Shown in pieces: positions 9,173 to 18,239 of a stretch of 32,000 bases of DNA. Source of the stretch: Nitrosopumilaceae archaeon (GTDB lineage: Archaea; Thermoproteota; Nitrososphaeria; Nitrososphaerales; Nitrosopumilaceae); contig JBBDNF010000019.1 of the NCBI GenBank assembly GCA_040877685.1, positions 2,787-34,786 on the forward strand, written 5' to 3'. The notes under the pieces are model-generated. The model ran no database searches. It was not told where the DNA came from and was given only the letters and a program-made list of their open reading frames with translations. A program made the position numbers and the translations under genes. The stretch's first letter is position 1; the number at the start of each line of letters is the position of its first letter.

Positions 9173-9218
9173 TCCTGTCTCGGTACATTTTTTAATTGCA
9201 AAAAGTGTTTTAACCGTA

Positions 9219-10238
9219 ATGTCAATGGACAGCGTTGATAAGAACATTCTAAACGAGATTCAATGGACTTTTCCACTTGTACCTAAACCATATGAAGAGA
9301 TTGCAAAAAAGTTTGGAATCACAGAAGAAGATTTGGTAAAAAGATTACTATCTCTAAAAAAGAGAGGAATAGTCAGACAGCTAAGCGCAATCTTTGATAC
9401 AAGAAAGCTTGGGTACAAGAGTGCATTAATTGCAATGTCAGTTGAACAAGAAAAACTGGATTATGTTGCAAGCCAAATCAACAGGCACTCAGGTGTGAGT
9501 CACAACTATGAAAGAAACCACGAATACAATTTGTGGTTTACACTTGCTGTACCGCCTGGAACTGATCTTAAAACTGAAGTTAACAAGTTTTCAAAATTAT
9601 CCGGAATTAAAAAAGTAAGGCTTCTTCCAACTATAAAGCTCTTCAAGATAGGAGTAAAGCTAGACATGGTAGAAGAAAGCGCGCCTGAGATCAAACCAAC
9701 AGAAGAAAAGAAAAAGATTCGCGATGTAAAATTTATTGCAACAGAAGAAGATAAGCAATACATACGTGAATTGCAAAAAGATTTAGAGATTATAAACAGA
9801 CCATTTTTGAAATTTGCACAAAATCTTGGAATCACGGAAGAGCAGTTGCTTGAAAAAGCAAAGTATTACGAAGAGATTGGAGTTATGCGAAGGTTTGCAG
9901 CCATTCTAAGACACAGGGATGCTGGCTTTGTAGCCAACGGGATGATAGTGTGGAAGGTCCCAACCGAAAGAATTGAGGAGGTTGGTGAAAAGCTTGGCGC
10001 ATTTCCTCAGGTAAGCCATTGTTATCAAAGACCAGTATACCAAGACTGGCCCTACAACGTTTTTTCCATGGTACACTGCAAATCGTTTCCTGATGCGGAA
10101 AAAATGGCAAAAGAAATCCAAAAACAAATCGATGTGAATGATTATAAAATCTTGTTTAGCGCACGCGAGTTCAAAAAGACTCGGGTGGAATACTTTGTTG
10201 AACACGAATTTAAGATAGAAGATTATATTCCTGCCTAA
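9219..10238 (+). CDS. ahbAB: Fused siroheme decarboxylase AhbA/AhbB (NirD/L/G/H-type, Lrp/AsnC-like HTH x2)
   Basis: Two tandem halves each contain an HTH plus ligand domain (DKNILNEIQ...PYEEIAKKFGITEEDLVKRLLSLKKRGIVRQLSAIFD, and DKQYIRELQ...FAQNLGITEEQLLEKAKYYEEIGVMRRFAAIL). The ORF-track start at 9153 overlaps the methyltransferase, so the ATG at 9219 (MSMDSVDK) is preferred. Confidence 0.85.
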   Translation: MSMDSVDKNILNEIQWTFPLVPKPYEEIAKKFGITEEDLVKRLLSLKKRGIVRQLSAIFDTRKLGYKSALIAMSVEQEKLDYVASQINRHSGVSHNYERNHEYNLWFTLAVPPGTDLKTEVNKFSKLSGIKKVRLLPTIKLFKIGVKLDMVEESAPEIKPTEEKKKIRDVKFIATEEDKQYIRELQKDLEIINRPFLKFAQNLGITEEQLLEKAKYYEEIGVMRRFAAILRHRDAGFVANGMIVWKVPTERIEEVGEKLGAFPQVSHCYQRPVYQDWPYNVFSMVHCKSFPDAEKMAKEIQKQIDVNDYKILFSAREFKKTRVEYFVEHEFKIEDYIPA

Positions 10239-10240
10239 AA

Positions 10241-11239
10241 TTATCTTGCTGGAACTGAGGCCTTCAGCTCGTAAGGAGGCCACTGGTTATACAAGTCATC
10301 AATCTCTTTCATATCTATATCATTGAGGTACTTTCCGTCTGACATCACTGCAAACTGTTCTATTTCTTCTACATTGATTACAGTAGGTAAAACAGATGAC
10401 ACTGCTTTTTTTGAAAGGATAAACTTGATTGCAAGCTCTGTTATATTCAGCCCATTGCGCTCAGCTATGGGTTGTAGCTGCTCTACCTTTTTTAGAGATT
10501 CCTTTATCCATTCACCTTTACGCACCGAGCGATGATCTTTTTCATCTACCTTTGTGTCTGCCTTTACCTTTCCTGTTAGTATTCCAGACGCATCAGGCAC
10601 ACGCACCAGAATTCCAACATCTTTCTTCTCTGCATTTTCGATTAATTCATTCCCTGGCGTTTGCTCTAAAATATTATAAACTGTCTGCACTGCACTGACG
10701 CTTTTTCGATTCATCACCTCTAGCCCTTCTTCTGTCCAGCCTATTGCCGGGCCTAGTGCTGCTTGATAAGTGATGATCTTTTCTTCCTCGATTTTTTTAT
10801 CAAGCGTCTCAAATATGGTATCATCTTTTATGTGATGCATCTTTGGATTGTGTAATCCGTAAACATCAATATAATCAGTCTGCAACCTCTCCAAACTCTT
10901 TTGTAGTGCATTTTCAGTAAACACAGGATCAAATTTTTGTGGTAATTCTTTATGTCCTATTTGATCTGCATTTTCAAAATCATAACCATATTTTGTTGAG
11001 ATGACTATTTCGTCACGCATTCCCTTGAAGACTTCGCCGATCAATTTTTCACTCTTCCCTTTTCCATACATGTCTGCTGTCTCAAAGAAATTAATTCCAA
11101 GCTCGTAGGCTTTTTTTAGCATTCGCTTTGCTTCCTCATCATCTATTTTTTTGCCCCACCAATCAAGAGCTATTGTCCATGCTCCAAATCCTATCTCAGA
11201 AACTTTGACTCCACTTTTGCCAAGTGTCTTGTACTTCAA
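10241..11239 (-). CDS. Aldo/keto reductase
   Basis: GFGAW, INFFETADMYGKGKSE, DYIDVYGLHNP and VLPTVINVEEIEQ motifs, 332 aa. Confidence 0.9.
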   Translation of the reverse strand: MKYKTLGKSGVKVSEIGFGAWTIALDWWGKKIDDEEAKRMLKKAYELGINFFETADMYGKGKSEKLIGEVFKGMRDEIVISTKYGYDFENADQIGHKELPQKFDPVFTENALQKSLERLQTDYIDVYGLHNPKMHHIKDDTIFETLDKKIEEEKIITYQAALGPAIGWTEEGLEVMNRKSVSAVQTVYNILEQTPGNELIENAEKKDVGILVRVPDASGILTGKVKADTKVDEKDHRSVRKGEWIKESLKKVEQLQPIAERNGLNITELAIKFILSKKAVSSVLPTVINVEEIEQFAVMSDGKYLNDIDMKEIDDLYNQWPPYELKASVPAR

Positions 11240-11784
11240 TTTATTATTCTCCTAAACGCTGCAATCTTTTCGTTTAGCTCTTTATCACTCAAAACCGATT
11301 GTCCAGATTCTGCATTTACATTTATGTCTATCCAAGATTTGCAACCTTGGTATTCTGCAAGAACCGGCACTTGAAATGGATCTGTCTTGAAAACTTTAAG
11401 AAACAATGCCTTCATGGGTTTGTCTGGAAGCCAATCCATTCTTTCTTTAATGTAAGAATCGCTCCATATGTGAAATGATGAAAGATTTTCAATTTTTTCC
11501 ATGGAGGAAATATCGCACTCTTCTATAACCTCGGCATAAGATGTTATTTTATTAATGTCAGATTGTGGCTGATTTTCTCGTACCTCTGCCAAGTATCCAT
11601 AAAACTGTGACTTGAGAGAAGCTAACTCTTGATGTTCAAAGGTGGGGTAAAGAAGAAATTTTTTTGATTCTACATTAAATCCTGAATCGGTTTCAAGTAT
11701 GCCGCCCTTTCTTAAAAGAACGGTTTGGTTTCCATTCTCTAATGCTTTTACTACAGTTGCCCACTCTTTTAGCGCATTCATCAT
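11236..11784 (-). CDS. DUF1802-family protein
   Basis: N-terminus ALKEWATVVKALENGNQTVLLRKGGILE is characteristic of the family. 4-nt overlaps with both neighbours indicate an operon. Confidence 0.6.
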   Translation of the reverse strand: MMNALKEWATVVKALENGNQTVLLRKGGILETDSGFNVESKKFLLYPTFEHQELASLKSQFYGYLAEVRENQPQSDINKITSYAEVIEECDISSMEKIENLSSFHIWSDSYIKERMDWLPDKPMKALFLKVFKTDPFQVPVLAEYQGCKSWIDINVNAESGQSVLSDKELNEKIAAFRRIIN

Positions 11785-12452
11785 CCAAGACTCTTTATCA
11801 GTGGAATAATGTCTTTTTTTACTGAAACGATCATTGGGGTGTCTACCTTGATGTACGTACTTACCATAGTTTCTCTTAAATCCATTATCAGATCCTGAAA
11901 CTTGTCAAGACGATCTGTTTCAAAAGCCAGCATAAAATCTTCGTCATGAATTCCAAATGAGTAAGTCGTGTTTAGTATCACTTCAGGATATTTTTTTCCA
12001 ATTTCAATGTGCTCATCCATCATCTCCTTTCTTTTTTCAAGCGGTAAGAGATACCATTCCCTTGTTTTTATAAAAGGATAAACGATTACATACTTTTTTT
12101 GTTCCTCACCTGCAAGCCATCCGTGTCCGCCAGAACCTTTTGCGTAGATAGAAGGCCTAGTGGATGACAGGTAAACATGTGTAGGTGTTATGTATTTGCC
12201 AAAAACTGTTAGGTATAGCTTTGATACTGTGTCTTGAATCTGTTCCACAGTATCAGAGGCAAACCAGAACAAAAACTCTGCATCGTCTCTTAATCCAAGT
12301 GTTGAATATGTTCTAAACTTTGCCTGAGAGGTTTTTAGTACGCTTTCAACCTCTTTTGCTGATTCCTCCTTTGCTAAATCCGCCATCCATCTCCACTTTG
12401 GGTCTACTTTAAAAAACGAAAAATTGAAAAATTGACGTTTTTCTTCTTCCAT
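11781..12452 (-). CDS. Chlorite dismutase / ChdC (HemQ)-family heme-binding protein
   Basis: 223 aa with the ferredoxin-like duplication pattern: FFKVDPKWR, DAEFLFWFASD, VIVYPFIKTREWYLLP, MDEHIEIGKKY, SFGIHDEDFMLAFETD. Confidence 0.8.
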   Translation of the reverse strand: MEEEKRQFFNFSFFKVDPKWRWMADLAKEESAKEVESVLKTSQAKFRTYSTLGLRDDAEFLFWFASDTVEQIQDTVSKLYLTVFGKYITPTHVYLSSTRPSIYAKGSGGHGWLAGEEQKKYVIVYPFIKTREWYLLPLEKRKEMMDEHIEIGKKYPEVILNTTYSFGIHDEDFMLAFETDRLDKFQDLIMDLRETMVSTYIKVDTPMIVSVKKDIIPLIKSLG

Positions 12453-12484
12453 GGAGGACTAGTCTCTTCCAGCTTTATTTAAAA

Positions 12485-13264
12485 CTAAGATTGAACTGCT
12501 TCTTGTATTCCAAGTCCGGCGTAGCCGCTTCGTTCTAACTCATCGGCAAGCTCTTTTGGTCCTTCTTTGATTACCTTTCCATCTGATAATACATGCACAA
12601 AGTCGAGCTTATCAAGGAATTTTAGAATCCTTGCATAGTGAGTAATCACTATGACAGTAGAGTCAGGTCTTGCAGTCTGACTTATTGCTTTTGCAACAGC
12701 TTGTACTGCATCTATATCAAGTCCAGAATCTGGCTCATCTAAAATTGAAATGGTTGGTTGTAAAACTGCCATCTGAAGAACTTCGGATCTCTTTTTTTCT
12801 CCACCAGAAAATCCCTCATTTAGATATCTTGACAAAAAGTCATGCTTTAGACCAACTGCATCAAGATTTTTTTTAAGATAATTTTGAAACTCTCTTACTG
12901 TAAGAAAAACTTCACGTTTGTCGCTGCCAAGAGCTTTGCTTAGAGCATTGTATGAAGTTCTAAGAAAGTGTGAAAATCCAACGCCAGAAACTTCGGTAGG
13001 ATATTGAAATGCCAAAAAGAGTCCTTTCTTTGCTCGTTCATCTGTTTTTAAATCCAAAATGCTTTTACCGTCCAATAAAATGTCACCTTGAGTGACTTCG
13101 TATTTTGGGTGAGCAAGTAAAGTATATGCAAGTGTACTTTTGCCCGAACCATTTGGTCCCATGATAGCGTGTACTTCGCCTGGATTAGTTTTCAGGTTGA
13201 CGCCTTTTAGGATCTCTTTTCCTTCCCTTCGAACATGCAAGTCTCTGATTTCAAGTGTTGGCAT
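12485..13264 (-). CDS. sufC: Fe-S cluster assembly ATPase SufC
   Basis: Walker A GPNGSGKST, signature FSGGEKKR, Walker B ILDEPDSGLDID, and the SufC-typical HPKYEVTQG region. Confidence 0.92.
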   Translation of the reverse strand: MPTLEIRDLHVRREGKEILKGVNLKTNPGEVHAIMGPNGSGKSTLAYTLLAHPKYEVTQGDILLDGKSILDLKTDERAKKGLFLAFQYPTEVSGVGFSHFLRTSYNALSKALGSDKREVFLTVREFQNYLKKNLDAVGLKHDFLSRYLNEGFSGGEKKRSEVLQMAVLQPTISILDEPDSGLDIDAVQAVAKAISQTARPDSTVIVITHYARILKFLDKLDFVHVLSDGKVIKEGPKELADELERSGYAGLGIQEAVQS

Positions 13265-13286
13265 GTTCTTAGAAAGTCTGGTTTCT

Positions 13287-13297
13287 GTATATATATG
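13287..13297 (-). promoter_or_regulatory. TATA box upstream of sufC
   Basis: The minus strand reads catatatatac at -23 to -33 from the ATG, which fits a leaderless or short-leader archaeal transcript. Confidence 0.4.
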
Positions 13298-13341
13298 AAC
13301 GAAAAATTAGCTTAATCTAATAAAAAATAAAAAGAAAGGGG

Positions 13342-14304
13342 TTAGTTTTTGGCTAACGACGGTCGCAGTGTAACTCTCATCTTGTATGCAGTCAGAATCT
13401 CTTTGCACCTATTTCGTATAGTAACCTCGGTAATTCCCGCTATGCTTGAGACATCTCTTTGGAGCATGCTCTGCCCAAGCAGAATTGAGGATATGTACAG
13501 ATATGCGGCAGCAAGCCCATTTGGAGCCTTTCCGTCCGCAAGGTTGTGATCCTGTGTCTTTTCAGCTAACTCAACGGCAAGTCTTTCAACTCGTACTTCA
13601 AGTTTTGCTAGGTTTGCTATTTTAGATATGTACTTGTCTAAGGTCACGACAGGGGCAGTTTGTGACCCAAGTTCCATCACCAGCATTCTATAGTATTTTG
13701 CTGTCAGTTTGACATTCATACTTTCTTCTTTTGTGCTTCCAGTGGCCTTGCAGATCTCGTCAAGTGATCTTATCACATCGCATTGCTTACACGCCATGTA
13801 AATGGTGGCAGCAGACATGCACGTAACTGATTTGCCTTTTGCTTCAAACTGGCCTTCAAAATTTCTGTAGATCATAGATGCTGTTTCTAGAACATTTTTT
13901 GACAATGACAATGCTTGGCAGGTCTCTCCTATCTTTGATAAAATGTTGGCAAGCCTTCTCTCCCTTGGAGATGATACCCTGATCCTAGTCTGCCACTTGC
14001 GCAGATTGTACATCTGGTTTACCATCTCGGGATTGATCGTCTTTCCACTATAGTCTTTTGTGCCCATTGCGATCTCAGTCCTAATTCCGAGGTCGTGCTG
14101 TGAGTATGTAGTCTGTCCTGTTGCTCTTGCAAGCTTCATCTTGTCTTCAAGGTTTGTAGCCCGTGATTCGGGACCATAGTCTAACATTTGTTCCATTGCA
14201 ACCAAACCGCAGCCAGAACAAATTTTTTCTCCGTTGTGAACGTCATGGATTAAAGCCGATTGACATTCCGGACAATGTGTTTGTAGTTCTGTTAGGTTGT
14301 TCAT
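13342..14304 (-). CDS. tfb: Transcription initiation factor B (TFB/TFIIB)
   Basis: N-terminal Zn ribbon CPECQS...CSGCG followed by two cyclin-fold repeats, 320 aa. ATGA-type overlap with gar1. Confidence 0.95.
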   Translation of the reverse strand: MNNLTELQTHCPECQSALIHDVHNGEKICSGCGLVAMEQMLDYGPESRATNLEDKMKLARATGQTTYSQHDLGIRTEIAMGTKDYSGKTINPEMVNQMYNLRKWQTRIRVSSPRERRLANILSKIGETCQALSLSKNVLETASMIYRNFEGQFEAKGKSVTCMSAATIYMACKQCDVIRSLDEICKATGSTKEESMNVKLTAKYYRMLVMELGSQTAPVVTLDKYISKIANLAKLEVRVERLAVELAEKTQDHNLADGKAPNGLAAAYLYISSILLGQSMLQRDVSSIAGITEVTIRNRCKEILTAYKMRVTLRPSLAKN

Positions 14305-14570
14305 CTTTTTCTTCCTCTAAATCGTTTTGGTCTTTGTGCAGGGGTTTCTTCACCCATGAAAATTTTTTTGCCTACGTATTTTTGGATGTCGTTTGTAAGC
14401 GGAGTTGCAGATGCATATGGTGCATCAATTGGACCAATCATTTCGGATACTTTGGCTATCTTTCTGCCAGCGTTGTCCACCAGTAGTTGTCCGTCACGTA
14501 CTGTCGTACTAAGTCGTATTATGACCCGGCCGCTACTGGCTAAATGCAAAACTTCGCCTACCCCCTGCAA
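14301..14570 (-). CDS. gar1: H/ACA RNP component Gar1
   Basis: 89 aa with the beta-barrel pattern GEVLHLASSGRVIIRL...GRKIAKVSEMIGPIDAPY and a basic tail. TTG start. gar1-tfb linkage is common in archaea. Confidence 0.75.
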   Translation of the reverse strand: MQGVGEVLHLASSGRVIIRLSTTVRDGQLLVDNAGRKIAKVSEMIGPIDAPYASATPLTNDIQKYVGKKIFMGEETPAQRPKRFRGRKR

Positions 14571-14642
14571 GTAAATTCTCAGATCAACCTACTGTTATCA
14601 ATAGAGTTCTGTCAATTTTACTTTAGCAACAAGCTAGAAGAG

Positions 14643-14945
14643 CTATTTACTTGACTGTTTTTCCCTTTTTGCTACAAGTTTTTCCGCAATTTTTGTTATG
14701 GCTTTGGATTTTGATATTCCCTTTGGAAGAACAATGTATCCAGACCTGACAAAGGATCTTCTTGGATATCTGACTTGATCATTTGTTTCCTTTGGTTCAA
14801 AACCAGCTGCCTTTGCAGCATCAATCAATTCTTTTAGCGAAGGATCAAAAACACTTTTTTCCCTAGAAACTTTTCTGCCCATCTTTTTTGGTAGAGTCTT
14901 GTTAAAATAATCAAGCCAGACTACGACATGTTCGTAATCTTTCAT
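14643..14945 (-). CDS. srp19: Signal recognition particle protein SRP19
   Basis: VVWLDYFNKTLPKKMGRKVS motif and 100 aa size. Confidence 0.85.
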   Translation of the reverse strand: MKDYEHVVVWLDYFNKTLPKKMGRKVSREKSVFDPSLKELIDAAKAAGFEPKETNDQVRYPRRSFVRSGYIVLPKGISKSKAITKIAEKLVAKREKQSSK

Positions 14946-14949
14946 GAAA

Positions 14950-15330
14950 TCACTTTATTAAAATTGCATTTACTGCGCCGTCTTGACCTGGTCGTGATAT
15001 TACCCTACACTGCCCATCTTCAGTTTCTAGGACTGCTCCTTTTGATATGACTCCACGTCTTTCATAGTCCTTGTTTGATGGGTTTTTTAGTACTTTCAAA
15101 ATTTTTGCCTTCTTTACTTTTGCGCCTAGAATTGCAAGATTAACAAAGTCTGTTGTCTTTAGTGCAGTCTTTGAGTTTTTTCCACGTACCTTGCGGGTCA
15201 CTGTTTCCTGTGCTCCAGACAAAGTCTCTACGGGATATCTGTCAAGCTCATATTTTCTTCTGGTTCGAAGAGGATACCTTCTTCCACCCGTTATCTTGCT
15301 TGTTGCAAGGTTCTCGACAGACTTCTTCAT
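14950..15330 (-). CDS. rps8e: 30S ribosomal protein S8e
   Basis: ITGGRRYPLRTRRKYELDR motif, 126 aa, basic. Confidence 0.9.
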   Translation of the reverse strand: MKKSVENLATSKITGGRRYPLRTRRKYELDRYPVETLSGAQETVTRKVRGKNSKTALKTTDFVNLAILGAKVKKAKILKVLKNPSNKDYERRGVISKGAVLETEDGQCRVISRPGQDGAVNAILIK

Positions 15331-15473
15331 GCCTTGTCCATGAACAACTCTAATTTATACCAATATTCAGATTCGCATTTTTATAATCACAAATTTCTAA
15401 AACTCATTATCAAAATAACAAATCACTAAACAGACTTTTTCAAATATGCGTATCTTGATATCTGTAAAAGAAA

Positions 15474-16046
15474 TTATGCCTGTATTGGAGGTTCTGGGAC
15501 CGGCTGTACTACGGGTTGTGGGACACTTCGTACCTTTGTAAAGAGCTTCTGTTTTAGGGCATCCTTGTCTCCTTGAATTCCAAAGTATTTTTGGAACTTG
15601 TCGGTGGTAGTATAGATCTTCATCCTACCTACATTTTGGTGTTCTATGTAATCCAGTTGGCGCAAAAGCCTTAGGTGCAAATACACACCAGAACCGCGTA
15701 TTTCCACAAGCTGCTTTGAGGAGATTGGCTGCATATACGCAATATAAGACAGCGTCTTTAGTGTAGCTGTTGGCAAGAGAGGCTTTGAGGCGTATCTTCT
15801 GATCACAGTATTATACTCAGGTTTTAGCTGAAACACAAACGAACCGTCAGGCAGGCTTGCAATCTCAAGTGCTTTGAACGCAGACTTGGCTCTCTTTACT
15901 AGACCAGTCATAGAAGCAAGCGTCCTAGTTCTTGATTCTGTACCTGACGCCTTGATTAATTCCTCTATCGTAAGTGGCCTTCCGGCTGAATAAAGCGCGG
16001 CTTCAAGCCTAGCGCTTGCCTCGTCGTCATCTTCTACCTTGCCCAT
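15474..16046 (-). CDS. scpB: Segregation and condensation protein B
   Basis: LEAALYSAGRPLTIEELIKASG winged-helix pattern, second wHTH LSYIAYMQPISSKQLVEIRG, Pro-rich tail. Confidence 0.85.
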   Translation of the reverse strand: MGKVEDDDEASARLEAALYSAGRPLTIEELIKASGTESRTRTLASMTGLVKRAKSAFKALEIASLPDGSFVFQLKPEYNTVIRRYASKPLLPTATLKTLSYIAYMQPISSKQLVEIRGSGVYLHLRLLRQLDYIEHQNVGRMKIYTTTDKFQKYFGIQGDKDALKQKLFTKVRSVPQPVVQPVPEPPIQA

Positions 16047-16099
16047 TTTAGAAAAATTCCCTCAAAATGTACATAAAAGAATCCCTTGTCTAGTGTTGA

Positions 16100-16774
16100 T
16101 CAAATTGTGAGCTTCTCTTTTACCAAAGTTATCGTGATATCACTATCAGTCTGTTCAAGATCCACCTTTTCATCTCTTGCAAGAAACAAGATAGCAAAAA
16201 AGCACCTTACCACATCTATTGGCTCAAGCTCCGAAACAATCATCTGAAATGAACCGGTTCCGGTAGGACGTATCTTGTTTACTATTAGTTCCTCATACTG
16301 GCCAATTATCTTCTCAAGACCTATGAAATAATCATTAAAGTTTGGTACCTCGACCGGGTCAAACTGTATTTGTCTTCTGTTTGAGCGGGGATTTGCAATA
16401 GTACCTATCAAATTCTCAAGTACAACAAGAAGCTCGTCTAGCGTGACAGGATACGTAGATTCGTGCCTGTATGGCATATCTATCACTTCCACGTCGATAT
16501 CCAGCCTTTGTCGCAGCGGTTTTTTTTCCATAGCCGCCTTTTGTAAAGCAAATATGCTTTCTACTTTCATCCTGTGAATCATGGCAGAAGAAAGTGCCGC
16601 AATTCCTGCTACACGAAGATCCTTTTTGCCAGACTGATTTAGAATTTTAATCAAAACTTCCAAAATCCGTATTATGTCTATAGTCCAAACGTCTTTTTTT
16701 GTGATATCAACCGGATTAAAGAGTATGTTAATTGGTGGTTGTGAAATGCCTGCACTTGAATTCTCTTGGCTCAC
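16100..16774 (-). CDS. scpA: Segregation and condensation protein A (kleisin)
   Basis: Kleisin N-domain pattern (DVWTIDIIRILEVLIKIL...LRVAGIAALSSAMIHRMKVESIF) and its position immediately upstream of scpB. Confidence 0.8.
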   Translation of the reverse strand: MSQENSSAGISQPPINILFNPVDITKKDVWTIDIIRILEVLIKILNQSGKKDLRVAGIAALSSAMIHRMKVESIFALQKAAMEKKPLRQRLDIDVEVIDMPYRHESTYPVTLDELLVVLENLIGTIANPRSNRRQIQFDPVEVPNFNDYFIGLEKIIGQYEELIVNKIRPTGTGSFQMIVSELEPIDVVRCFFAILFLARDEKVDLEQTDSDITITLVKEKLTI

Positions 16775-16904
16775 TGTTGTAAAACAATTTTTTGTTTATA
16801 ATATCTAGACGCTCTATTTTTTTCTCTGAGCTTGTCAACTATGGATGATTTGATCGAATCAATTCTACGCGCCTCTTATAAGTAAAAATCTTTCAATGTA
16901 TTTT

Positions 16905-17072
16905 ATGCAACAACTCAATGCAACATGTCCACGATGTAACAGTGAAGGTTTGTTTTATACTAGATATGAAACGCCGCTAAAAGTCTTAAAGAACCGCAGC
17001 TGGCTTTACTGCAAGCCATGTGGCTATGAGGTCGAAGTAGAAGACTTTAAAAAATCACTGTTCTGTCCGTGA
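16905..17072 (+). CDS. Small (55 aa) zinc-ribbon protein
   Basis: Own translation: MQQLNATCPRCNSEGLFYTRYETPLKVLKNRSWLYCKPCGYEVEVEDFKKSLFCP, with two CxxC pairs. An alternative in-frame ATG lies at 16896. Below the ORF-track size cutoff. Confidence 0.5.
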   Translation: MQQLNATCPRCNSEGLFYTRYETPLKVLKNRSWLYCKPCGYEVEVEDFKKSLFCP

Positions 17073-17112
17073 CAGTCAACTCTTATATTGTTAAAGGAAA
17101 AACATTACTGCC

Positions 17113-18165
17113 ATGAAGGCAGCTCAAATTGTAACTCCTAAAGAACCACTTCAGATTAAGGATTTGGAAATTCCAAAACCAAAAGAATTTGAGGTTGTAG
17201 TAAAAGTGAAAGCGGTAGGAGTGTGCCACAGTGACTTGCACCTGTGGGAAGGAGGTTACGATGCAGGAGCTGGTTCATTTATGAAGGCAACAGACCGAGG
17301 TGTAAAATTTCCTGTAACTCCAGGTCATGAAGTTGTTGGAACTGTCAGTCAAATAGGAAGTTCAGTTCAAGGCATCAAGACAGGAGACGATGTTCTGGTA
17401 TATCCTTGGATTGGATGTGGTGTATGCCCTGCATGTAAGGTAGGAAATGAGAATCTTTGTGATGCTCCACGTTCACTTGGCGTCTTTCAAAACGGCGGTT
17501 ATGCAGAATATGTGCTAGTACCAAATTTCAAGTATCTAATCAAAGTGTCTGGCATTGATCTTGAAGGAACGGCATCGCTTGCCTGTTCTGGATTGACTGC
17601 GTTTACGGCTGTAAAAAAAGCCAATACAAACTCGGAACAGTTTCTTGTAATTATCGGAGCCGGTGGACTAGGGCTTATGGGTATACAAATTGCTAAGGCT
17701 GTAACAAAATCAACCATAATCTGCGTGGATTTAGATGACAACAAGCTTGTAGCCGCAAAAAAAATGGGAGCAGATCACACAATAAATTCAAAAGGTCAGG
17801 ATATAGTACAAAAAATAATTTCGATTTGTAACAACAAGGGTGCAGAATGTGTAATTGATTTTGTAAATACACCCACAACAGTAAAGACAGATCTTGCAGT
17901 TTTACGAAAACGTGGAAATCTGATCTTAGTTGGACTCTTCGGAGGCTCTGCAGAGATTGTTTTGCCAACAATTCCATTAAAGGCAATCACAATACAAGGA
18001 GCATACACCGGAAACTACAATGATTTAGTGGAATTAGTGAACCTTGCAAAGAGTGGGGTGATTAATCCAATAATATCAAAGAGATATCTACTTGGAGACG
18101 CAAACACTGCACTTGAAGATCTAAAACAAGGAAAAATAATAGGCCGTGCAGTCATAAACCCATAA
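17113..18165 (+). CDS. Zinc-dependent alcohol dehydrogenase (MDR family)
   Basis: GVCHSDLH, GHEVVG, structural-Zn CGVCPACKVGNENLC and the NAD fold IIGAGGLG, 350 aa. Confidence 0.92.
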   Translation: MKAAQIVTPKEPLQIKDLEIPKPKEFEVVVKVKAVGVCHSDLHLWEGGYDAGAGSFMKATDRGVKFPVTPGHEVVGTVSQIGSSVQGIKTGDDVLVYPWIGCGVCPACKVGNENLCDAPRSLGVFQNGGYAEYVLVPNFKYLIKVSGIDLEGTASLACSGLTAFTAVKKANTNSEQFLVIIGAGGLGLMGIQIAKAVTKSTIICVDLDDNKLVAAKKMGADHTINSKGQDIVQKIISICNNKGAECVIDFVNTPTTVKTDLAVLRKRGNLILVGLFGGSAEIVLPTIPLKAITIQGAYTGNYNDLVELVNLAKSGVINPIISKRYLLGDANTALEDLKQGKIIGRAVINP

Positions 18166-18239
18166 ACTGGGTAGAAACATTTCAGAATTTTGTGATATAA
18201 TGACAAAATAATATAAGCAAACCTTCCTTATTTTTCCTG

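Noticed and set aside
9153-9218. Upstream extension of ahbAB overlapping the methyltransferase by 20 nt
   Set aside because: The non-ATG start gives an N-terminus (MRIFKNDPVSVHFLIAKSVLTV) with no homology-like pattern. The ATG at 9219 directly precedes the conserved HTH.
14571-14642. Gap between srp19 and gar1, checked for SRP RNA or a C/D sRNA
   Set aside because: It is only 72 bp and AT-rich, with one CTGA but no C box. It more likely holds the gar1-tfb promoter.
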